This document shows positions 56,364-64,000 of a stretch of 64,000 nucleotides of DNA, piece by piece (positions within the stretch are counted from its first letter, which is position 1; each line of letters starts with the position of its first letter). The stretch comes from Anaerolineae bacterium (lineage in GTDB: Bacteria > Chloroflexota > Anaerolineae > Anaerolineales > E44-bin32). The position numbers were made by a program, and so were the translations under genes. The DNA is taken from contig JAUWHR010000045.1 in NCBI GenBank assembly GCA_030605795.1, positions 3,665 to 67,664 on the forward strand, written 5' to 3'. The notes beneath the pieces are model-generated. The model made no database searches, had not been told where the DNA came from, and saw only the letters and a program-made list of their open reading frames with translations.

Positions 56364-57092
56364 ATGGCAAATGAATTGATGCCTCTTATCAGCGAGCACA
56401 AATCATTGGCGGAGCTAGCGCATGAGGCGATCCGAGAAAGGATCCTCTCAAGCTACTTCAAGCCAGGAGATTGGCTTCGGCAAGAGGAATTATCTCAACA
56501 GCTTGCTGTCAGCCATACGCCTGTGCGAGAGGCATTAGATCGGCTTGTAGCAGATGGGCTTGCCGAACGGGTACCACATAGGGGGGTTCGTGTCTCCACC
56601 ATTGATGATAATGGTATTGCTGAGGTTTATTGTCTCCGGCTGCTTCTAGAACCTCTGGTTGGGCGTTTAACCACCATGAATATTACGAGAGGGGAACTAA
56701 GACCCCTTAAGACCATCGTAGACCAAGCCGAAAAATTGACCTTACTGGACGATATGCCTTCTCGAAGGAAGTTGAACAGGGAATTCCACAGCATGATCTG
56801 TAAGGCCTGTGGAAGTGCAATACTTAAGCGGCTGCATGAGATCATATGGAATAGGTTCCCGGATTGGATGCTCTATGAAGGTCTTTACCGTCAGCCAACT
56901 TCCTTGAAGTCACGGCTTCAACGGGAGATTAAGGAGCATCGGGCTTTGCTCGAAGCGATCGCTAATAGGGACGTCAGTCTCGTAGAACAGATATCCGCCA
57001 GCCATATCAAAGGTATGAAAGATGATCTAAAGGAGGTTTTTGGATTTTCCAGCCACATCCTCGAAGAGAAGCAACAGCAGATGGGGTTATGA
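56364..57092 (+). CDS. GntR-family regulator (FCD subfamily)
   Basis: wHTH (..G..L.QEELSQQLAVSHTPVREALDRLVADGL) and a helical C-terminal domain. AT-rich promoter with TTGACT upstream. Confidence 0.85.
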   Translation: MANELMPLISEHKSLAELAHEAIRERILSSYFKPGDWLRQEELSQQLAVSHTPVREALDRLVADGLAERVPHRGVRVSTIDDNGIAEVYCLRLLLEPLVGRLTTMNITRGELRPLKTIVDQAEKLTLLDDMPSRRKLNREFHSMICKACGSAILKRLHEIIWNRFPDWMLYEGLYRQPTSLKSRLQREIKEHRALLEAIANRDVSLVEQISASHIKGMKDDLKEVFGFSSHILEEKQQQMGL

Positions 57093-57202
57093 CTGATATT
57101 TAGTCTGAAGGTTAAAATTCTGGTCTAGGCTGTTGATCGACCTTCGCGAGCTACTGATTTAGAACACTAAAGGTAGAGAAATAAAAAAAAAGAGGTGCTG
57201 CT

Positions 57203-58366
57203 ATGGCAAAGATCGTTAATTCCTGGAACGAATGGGATCCGTTGAAGCGAGTGATCCTCGGACGACCGCAAGGTACTCAGGTGCCGGCTCCTGAACCTGG
57301 TTGGGATCATGATTATCCTGACCACGGCTATCCTTTAGGAACCTATGGCCCATTTCCTCAGGAAATGGTGGATGCGGCTACCGAACAGATGGACAATTTT
57401 GCTAAAATCTTGGAGGACCATGGTGTCACTGTAGATTGGGTAGAAGTGCACCCGGCGCTTGCCAATGTGCGGGCATTTTCAACGCCCGATTGGACTCAAT
57501 TGAATGCTCGCGGCATCAACAACCCGCGTGATCTTTTCCTGGTAGTAGGTAACGAGATCATTGAAGCTCCAGGAGCCCTCCGCTCACGCTGGTTCGAGTA
57601 CCTGCACCTGAGGCCACTCTTCGAACGTTATTTCAAGGAAGATCCTGAATTCTTGTGGAGAGCAGCACCAAGACCACGTCTCACCGATGAGTCTTATAAG
57701 AAGAATTATTTCTACAACTTCAGAAACGTCTGGACGGACGAAGAGAAAGAACGGCGAATGCATGAGTGGAAATATCATTTGTCGGAAAAAGAGCCATTGT
57801 GGGACGCCGCCGATGCTTTGCGTTGTGGCAAAGACATTTTTTGGCATTGTTCGGCGGTTGTCAATAAGAGTGGTCTGGACTGGGTGAAGCGCCACTTTGC
57901 GACTCGGGATATCCGGCTACACCCGGTACAATTCGACGGTGATGTCCTTCCATGGCACATTGACTATCTATTTGCTGCGCTTCGGCCTGGCTTGGCGGTT
58001 CACAACCCGAATTGGCATCCTACCACGGAAGATTTTAAGGAGCTGTTCAGGATTAACGATTGGGAATTGATACCCGCAGCTCAGCCTACCCATCATCAAA
58101 AGGATTCGGTGAATATTATCGGTCGAAAGATCGAAGGACCGCAGCAATGTCAGATGAATACCCTCTCGCTTGGTCCGAATAAAATATGTGTTGAAGCACA
58201 TGAGCTGAGGTATATCGATCAGCTGACCAAACTCGGGTTTGAGGTGATTGAAGTACCTTATAACCATGTATACCCCTTTGGTGGCATGCTTCATTGCACA
58301 ACGCTTGATGTCTATCGAGAAGGCACGATGGAGGATTATTTCCCAATGCAGCTTCATGGCTATTAG
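57203..58366 (+). CDS. Amidinotransferase-family enzyme, paralog 2
   Basis: VNSWNEWDPLKRVILG, PWHIDY, GGMLHCTTLDV. Roughly 45% identical by eye to paralog 1. Confidence 0.75.
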   Translation: MAKIVNSWNEWDPLKRVILGRPQGTQVPAPEPGWDHDYPDHGYPLGTYGPFPQEMVDAATEQMDNFAKILEDHGVTVDWVEVHPALANVRAFSTPDWTQLNARGINNPRDLFLVVGNEIIEAPGALRSRWFEYLHLRPLFERYFKEDPEFLWRAAPRPRLTDESYKKNYFYNFRNVWTDEEKERRMHEWKYHLSEKEPLWDAADALRCGKDIFWHCSAVVNKSGLDWVKRHFATRDIRLHPVQFDGDVLPWHIDYLFAALRPGLAVHNPNWHPTTEDFKELFRINDWELIPAAQPTHHQKDSVNIIGRKIEGPQQCQMNTLSLGPNKICVEAHELRYIDQLTKLGFEVIEVPYNHVYPFGGMLHCTTLDVYREGTMEDYFPMQLHGY

Positions 58367-58440
58367 GATTTTCTACGGGAGTGGAACTTGCGCTTCGATA
58401 GAGGACATGTTGTTATGTATACATGTCCTAACTAATCCGA

Positions 58441-59461
58441 TGTGCATGTTTCAGTTGGTCAGCAGTTCCGAGAAACGTAAAGGAGAAATACCTTGCTGCT
58501 GACAGAACAAGAGTGCAAGTGTATGACTCAAAACCTTGCGGAGCCAACGGAACCAGAAATGCCAGGCATCCCGAGCCCAAACACGCTTGGCATGGAACCG
58601 ATCGATCACTGTCCGATCACTGTCTCCCTGGACAGTCCGCCAGGACAGGCAATCCGGCGCCGATTCTGAACCAACCAGAGAGGCCAAGGCTTGGTTTCCC
58701 TCTTGCTGGACTTATAAGGCTCCAGCAGATGCAATCTCTGATTCTATAGGCTCTTAACCAACTTAGGGCTCCAATAGTTGCGGTCGCCCAATGCCCATCC
58801 ACCGGCTCCATCAAGAAGTGTTTCAGCAACCGGCAGTTCATGCACATTAGCTGGTGCCAGATCCAGTCCCACGATCACACCCGGACAGCACACACGCAGA
58901 CGCGCTCGGAAACCATAGAAGGTTTGTCGGGCCACTTCGTCATGGCCAAAGGCCTCCATACCCCTCATCCGCTGGCAGTGATAGGTCCGAGCGAAGCGAC
59001 ATCGCGAAGCATGCCCTTCGGGCGACGGGAACCGGAAAGCTGTCCACTAACGAAATCGCAGGATCGAAGCGGATATGCCAGAGCACATGGCGCCAAAGCT
59101 GATCCTTGACCGACCACAGATTGGCCGAATGGCGCACAAAGATCGTACGGTGAACCTCCCGCAGCATGGGAAACCAATCGCCGTAATGGCGGCGGAAGTA
59201 GGTGTAAATCCCTTTGTCGGTGTTGATTCCCAGGAATGCCCCCATGACTTCGATCGTCAGCACTTCACTGTCTGCCAACTTCGGCTGTGGTCCACGCTGG
59301 CGGAGACGCTTTCCTTTGAGCTAATCGCTGATCAAGCAGAACACTTTGATCATGAAAGTGGTATGATCCATGGTGAAGCCCCCTTTCGCTTCGATTGGTT
59401 TTGCCATCATGAAGCGTACGGGGGCTTCAACTTTTAGACAAGTGTCAGAAAAACTTACACA
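58441..59461 (-). mobile_element. Decayed IS982-like insertion sequence (transposase with in-frame stop and at least 2 frameshifts)
   Basis: Minus-strand reading: MIKVFCLISD*LKGKRLRQRGPQPKLADSEVLTIEV..GIYTYFRRHYGDWFP..SLVDSFPVPV. After a frameshift: CRFARTYHCQR..FGHDEVARQTFYGFRARLRV..LAPANVHEL..GDRNYWSP. After further shifts: ..ETVIGQ and IDRFHAKRVWARDAWHFW. Possible terminal IRs TGTGCATGTTT / AAACTTACACA. Confidence 0.7.
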
Positions 59462-59780
59462 GTGGAGGAGATCGCAGTGCCGTACAGCCGTTCAGTGATG
59501 GCGGCCGCATTGCAGGTTGTGACGCTCTGCGCGTACATCTCAGCTAGCGCTAACATGATGGATCGCTCACTGCGCAACCTAAGATCGCGAATCTCTTGCT
59601 GGAGTTGACACCGTGAGTGAGCTGAAAACCAACTGGATTCTAGCGATCAGGATAGATCATATTGGTATAGTAGAAACTTCCCTCCGGTTCTCTTTTTTCT
59701 CAGGTGGAGGTCGATTGCATCGTGGGGAGCGATATGCAGCACATCTACACCACAATACGGATCGCGGACGCCCTGGTGTT
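59462..59780 (-). pseudogene. IS256/Mutator-like transposase N-terminal fragment, cut by the IS982-like element
   Basis: The minus-strand frame gives ..RSERSIMLALAEMYAQSVTTCNAAAITERLYGTAISSTV (compare IS256 ERALMLALAEMY.QGVSTRKV..ITE.LCG..S.S.VS). It ends exactly at the IS982-like end. Upstream frames are degenerate with stops. Confidence 0.45.
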
Positions 59781-60084
59781 CGCCAGCCTGATCTACTGGT
59801 TCACGGTCTCGGCCTAGACCAAGATCACCTTGGACCGCTGCTATGTGCTGGGAGGGAGTGAACCTTGGGGCCACGGCTTGTGAGTGGTAGAGATCAGGAG
59901 CGTGGTGGCCTACGAAGATATGGATCATTTCGTATCGAGCATGGTGAACGCGTTGTGTACCTTTCAGGATACCTTTCGCTACCTTGAGGCTGAGATGATG
60001 GGAATGGCATACGGCACTGCCGGGCACCTGGGTGAGATTCGGAGCAACCAGCCCATAAAGGACATCTCGGTTGAACGAAATGCC

Positions 60085-61485
60085 CTATGCGGGTTCACGT
60101 GAACCACTTTCCACCCCGCGTAGTAGTTCACATACAGCAGCTATAGTGCCTTCACTTTCTAGGTTCTTGATGCGAGCTAATAACTTCTTGATCTGATCCG
60201 AGGTCAAAACCGCCTGACTGGCCTGACGGAATTTTCTCTCCAACGCACCTTCCGGCAATGGGTTGGAGGGAGATCCACTGGCGACAGGGACCATGGCGCT
60301 ATAGCTAGCGCCGGTATGCGTCGTGATGATTGCCCTGGCCGCCCATAAATTTTCCTCCCTATACAGACGATTCATCTCATCGGTCGTATGTAACCTAACG
60401 AGAGAGGCAAGGCGCCGCACTTCGGGGTCGGCCATCCGTTCTGGGGCGTACCAATCCGGGCCTGGCGGAATGCGTAGCAGGGCCATCGCGACCGGATAGG
60501 GAAGGCTGAATTCGGCATCAACCAGGTTAGCCGGAGCATAGTCCATGAATTGGTAGTCCTCCAACAGGTGGAAGGTCTCGATATCAACCGCGGCGATATC
60601 GGATACGTCTATGGGATGTTTCTGAATGATGATGCCGACGGCATCTAAGGCGGCATGACTCCATCGGCAAGCAGGATATGGTTTGAACTCCGAATCCATA
60701 ATCTTGAAATCGTTGCCCAGCCCAGCGGTTAGCGCGTCAGGTTCAAAGTGATCGGATCCACTCATGATCCAAAAACTGTGCGGGCCATCCAACACGGCTC
60801 GGGGTCCAATGAATCCTGCCCGCGCCAATCGGGCTGCCGTCAGGCCGGCCCAAGCCGGCCAATGAACTGAATCCTTGTGCCAGGAGAGGGGGCGTGCTTC
60901 AAAATTCCAGCACAGGCCGGAAGGAAGTGGGGCACTGACCCCGGCCAAGCCGAGCGCGTGCAAGAAATCGTCGCCTTGCAATCTCATCAGCTTCGAGGCC
61001 GCGACGGCCGCGCCAAAGACCTGATGCGTACCCACGCCCCACACTTGCGCGAACCGCTCAGGTGAGGGGTTGACGGCTTCGCCCACTCGGGCGACGATAT
61101 CATAGGCGGCCACCACCGCGGCGATCATCGCTCGGCCGCTAGCCTCCACCTCTTCGGCGACTGCCAGGGCTGTGGATACGATGGTCGATCCAGGATGACC
61201 GTAGAAATTGTCATCCCCAAAATCCAGGGCATTCACTGCGGCGGCGTTGCGAAACGCGCACCACGCCGGGCTACTTTTCTCAGACCGGCCGATCAGCGTG
61301 CAAATGGGATGTCCTCCCTCCTGGCGGATCATCGTATCGATGACTCGGACCAGTTCCGTTTGCGAGCCGCCCAGGGCACATCCGATGGTATCGAGAATAA
61401 TATACTTGGCTTTATCCACCACCGACGGTGGGAGGTCCTCAAAGGTTAATTGTTGTGCATATTCAGCTAAGGCCATAGTGGTCAT
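60085..61485 (-). CDS. MmgE/PrpD-family protein (2-methylcitrate-dehydratase-like)
   Basis: 466 aa. N-terminal LA.Y......DLP..V...AK..ILD..GCALGG pattern and overall length typical of PrpD/MmgE. Confidence 0.75.
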   Translation of the reverse strand: MTTMALAEYAQQLTFEDLPPSVVDKAKYIILDTIGCALGGSQTELVRVIDTMIRQEGGHPICTLIGRSEKSSPAWCAFRNAAAVNALDFGDDNFYGHPGSTIVSTALAVAEEVEASGRAMIAAVVAAYDIVARVGEAVNPSPERFAQVWGVGTHQVFGAAVAASKLMRLQGDDFLHALGLAGVSAPLPSGLCWNFEARPLSWHKDSVHWPAWAGLTAARLARAGFIGPRAVLDGPHSFWIMSGSDHFEPDALTAGLGNDFKIMDSEFKPYPACRWSHAALDAVGIIIQKHPIDVSDIAAVDIETFHLLEDYQFMDYAPANLVDAEFSLPYPVAMALLRIPPGPDWYAPERMADPEVRRLASLVRLHTTDEMNRLYREENLWAARAIITTHTGASYSAMVPVASGSPSNPLPEGALERKFRQASQAVLTSDQIKKLLARIKNLESEGTIAAVCELLRGVESGSREPA

Positions 61486-61541
61486 GATGATGGTCTCCTT
61501 GATTCTGAATGCAGGGTTTGTCTTACCCTTCGCAGCGATGG

Positions 61542-61847
61542 CTAACGTTCGATCGTAAGGTCGATCTCATTGGGGTTATCTGATTCCAGGCTCACCTTTG
61601 CGCCGGGTAGATAGGTGGCCGTCATGGCGCGATACACCTCCCGGTAGAACGGCTCCACCAAGTCGGAAAGGTCATAATCCAGCAACGCCTGGATGACAGG
61701 CGATTTGGTAACCCGGAACGAATACCGATCCGGTTTCACTTCTAACTCCTCGATTTCACACACATACTGGCAGGGAAGATCGGAATAGCGGATCATATTG
61801 GCTGGTTGGGGTTCGATTTCCAGTTCTTGATGCGCTTCACGCATCAT
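61542..61847 (-). CDS. Hypothetical protein
   Basis: 101-aa ORF on the same strand as its neighbours, tightly spaced between them. No motif recognised. Confidence 0.4.
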   Translation of the reverse strand: MMREAHQELEIEPQPANMIRYSDLPCQYVCEIEELEVKPDRYSFRVTKSPVIQALLDYDLSDLVEPFYREVYRAMTATYLPGAKVSLESDNPNEIDLTIER

Positions 61848-61883
61848 CCAGCCCCGCTCGGCTCCCCATTGACACAGCCCATG

Positions 61884-62606
61884 CTAGGTTGATGCCAAGC
61901 CCTGGGCGCCAAAATCCTCCCGCGCCTGGGTGGCGAAGGCTTGATAGACGCCACCCACCAGCCGATGGCCTCGTTTTAGCGCGTATAATGCGCCCTCCAA
62001 TTCATTCTTGGCCTGGTAGCTTTCCGCCAAACGGATCCCTAACGCTGTCGGGGGATCAAACTTGCATGGTGTTTCCCGGGGCGGCATCACCCAATGGAAG
62101 CTGCAGATCTTATCGCCCTTCATCTTGTTTTGATGAATGACAACATGGCCATCCGGGTGATAAGTACCGGCGCAGGCTTGATGGAACTCGTCGCAATACA
62201 CATGTCCCCATCGGTAAGAGCCCCGCTCTCTCCAGACATCGGCTACTGGGCATAGGGTAATATCGTGAACGACGTAATGCGGGGAAAAATAGCCTTTCTG
62301 CACGCTATCTTGCGCGAGGTAGACGCTGGCTGCATCCCAGTTACGTATCAGGGTCTCCATGTGGATCTCTTTCCCCAAAGCGAGATGCGCCTGCCGCATT
62401 TCCTCGCCCCGCCATCGTCCATAGCGACGAGTCGCATAGCGAACCGTCATCTCCCCATCATAACCAAAATGATCGAGTGTAGCGGTGACCAAATAATAAT
62501 AAAGCAGGCCTTCGATGCGTTCGATCCGATGTAAGGCCTGCACCAGCTCGTTAAGTTCAAGTTGATCCAGCATTTTGAGTAGCTTGAATTTCTCCTCATT
62601 GTCCAT
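61884..62606 (-). CDS. Hypothetical Cys/His-rich protein (possibly L-2-amino-thiazoline-4-carboxylate-hydrolase-like)
   Basis: Motifs ..ITLCPVADVW....YRWGHVYCDEFHQACAG..HPD...IH.....GD.ICSFHW. Start chosen at Met-89 of the tracked ORF (61884-62870); the start is uncertain. Confidence 0.4.
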   Translation of the reverse strand: MDNEEKFKLLKMLDQLELNELVQALHRIERIEGLLYYYLVTATLDHFGYDGEMTVRYATRRYGRWRGEEMRQAHLALGKEIHMETLIRNWDAASVYLAQDSVQKGYFSPHYVVHDITLCPVADVWRERGSYRWGHVYCDEFHQACAGTYHPDGHVVIHQNKMKGDKICSFHWVMPPRETPCKFDPPTALGIRLAESYQAKNELEGALYALKRGHRLVGGVYQAFATQAREDFGAQGLAST

Positions 62607-63299
62607 GGGCTTGGATGTTGGTGTGCCTGATCCTATTAATTTCCTTCGCATTATAACTCGGAACGTACAAAGCACTAAAATCCTGGTCGATGCAGAAAAC
62701 CCTGCCATCCGGCGCTCCTCCGTTCTATCCCGGATCATCTTGGGAACGAGTCTCGAACGAAAGATTTTACGCACCTCATTCGCCAAACTTACCCGAAGCA
62801 ACCGGGTTTCGCACCCAGCACAGTGTAGGAAATCCGCATTGTTGTGGAGAGTCGCGGGGTATTCCACCATAACAAATATCGTCTTACGTTTTTAAACAAG
62901 CAAGGGGGCAATGGAGGGATGCATAACATAATTGCTGAGGCAAGGGAAATGAGGTAACGCACTCTCACTGTTTATATGACAGACAAGAAACTCGAAGTGG
63001 ACAAAATTACATAACCGGGTAATTAAGTGGATGAAAAAGAACCCGAATATGCCAGCACCATAAGTGTAGTAAAGTGATAAAATATCAACCAGCTCACGCT
63101 TTACCGTTCCCGTGCGCGGATCTAAGAGTCAGTCAAGTAGGAATGCAATTGAATAACAATATTGAAAATAGCATCAGGCACTTGGTAATAACCATACACA
63201 ATCTTCCCAAGATCGAATTGCCGCTCGCAAATGAATCGACATCTTCAACTGCTGAGAATAGCTGAAGGAGTATCCTGAGTTTCTAGGAAGGAGGCAAAG

Positions 63300-64000
63300 A
63301 TGTGGCCCAACGGCATTAGATGCGCGGTTTGTATTACATTTGACCTGGATGCAGAGACTGCTTGGCAAGAAGACCCAAGACTTGTGAACAATCCTGGAGT
63401 TCAATCTCAAGGTAGGTATGGACCAAAGATTGGTGTTCCTATTATTCTTGACTTGCTGAAACGTCAAGACATTGAATCTACATTCTTTATTCCTGGAAAG
63501 GTTGCTGAAGATTATCCACACACAATTAGGGCAATAATTGACGCGGGACATGAAATTGCCAACCACAGCTATTCTCATACCCCTTTATATAATTTGTCCT
63601 TAGAAGAAGAGGAGGAAGAATTAGTCCGGACAAAAGCTATTCTTGAAAGATTTGGCGTTCGAATAGTCGGCTTTAGATCTCCCTGGGAAGTTAGTGAAAA
63701 CACATTGCTTCTTCTAGAAAAACATAAATATCTTTATTCCAGTAACTTGATGGATGACATTCGGCCATATCGACATTCTGATGCTGAATTGATTGAACTT
63801 CCACTTCAATGGATCACGGAGGATTGGGCTCATTTTGCCTATGGTCAGGGCCTCTTCATAAAAAAGATTGCAACTAACACAGAGGTGAGAGAAATTTGGA
63901 GTGACGAATTCGAAGGGATATTTGAATTTAGTGGATTGTTCAACCTTGTCCTTCATCCTCAGGTCATTGGGCGCCCTTCAAGAATAAAGATGCTTGATGA
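63300..64000 (+). CDS. Polysaccharide-deacetylase (NodB-homology / PuuE-like) family protein; 3' end outside the window
   Basis: Not in the ORF track, because no stop falls inside the window. SD GGAAGGAGG before ATG 63300. Translation MWPNGIRCAVCITFDLDAE...YGPKIGVPIILDLLKRQDIESTFFIPGKVAEDYPHTIRAIIDAGHEIANHSYSH carries the D-x-D...H-x-x-x-H NodB motifs. Open to nt 64000. Confidence 0.75.
   Translation, partial: MWPNGIRCAVCITFDLDAETAWQEDPRLVNNPGVQSQGRYGPKIGVPIILDLLKRQDIESTFFIPGKVAEDYPHTIRAIIDAGHEIANHSYSHTPLYNLSLEEEEEELVRTKAILERFGVRIVGFRSPWEVSENTLLLLEKHKYLYSSNLMDDIRPYRHSDAELIELPLQWITEDWAHFAYGQGLFIKKIATNTEVREIWSDEFEGIFEFSGLFNLVLHPQVIGRPSRIKMLD

Noticed and set aside
63174-63956. Minus-strand tracked ORFs 63174-63578 and 63714-63956
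   Set aside because: They lie antisense to a well-supported plus-strand polysaccharide-deacetylase ORF, which has an SD and NodB motifs. The track omits that ORF only because it runs off the window.

Overview
This is a 64-kb chromosomal window from a mid/high-GC bacterium. Gene content looks Terrabacteria-like, possibly Chloroflexota; that is inference only. About 60 genes can be supported.

The left half is mostly housekeeping:
- two partial Opp/Dpp-type peptide ABC transporter sets
- an orphan response regulator, tRNA-Gln, glmU and cdd
- recO-glyQS-dnaG-rpoD synteny
- a B12/radical-SAM enzyme, csp and RNase Z
- three TPR paralogs
- CIRCE-controlled groES-groEL

Accessory material is embedded in it:
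1. A decayed integron at 22.99-24.41 kb. It has an intI N-terminal remnant, one cassette encoding a PD-(D/E)xK nuclease-like protein, and a clear attC. Low-GC DNA follows it.
2. A three-gene module at 25.76-29.32 kb: a membrane-anchored SARP regulator, a Nif11-like leader peptide ending in ...RFWL, and a divergent polyprenyl-synthase-fold enzyme. I consider this the best candidate for an undescribed system, a ComQ/ComX-style prenylated peptide.
3. A family of ~105-110 nt long-hairpin intergenic repeats, with four same-orientation copies and compensatory stem changes.
4. An imidazolonepropionase-like gene whose middle is replaced by a high-GC beta-lactamase-family gene.
5. A 24-kb nitrogen-compound catabolic island at 40-64 kb. 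It encodes IclR, two GntR regulators, a YgeW-like carbamoyltransferase, an M20 peptidase, a flavoprotein with a 2Fe-2S subunit, AOR with MoaD, a PreA-like protein, a divergent enolase with glycerate 2-kinase and RidA, two amidinotransferase paralogs, and PrpD. It is peppered with decayed IS30-, IS982- and IS256-like remnants.

No rRNA or CRISPR array was seen. All family assignments come from motif recognition by eye, not from searches.
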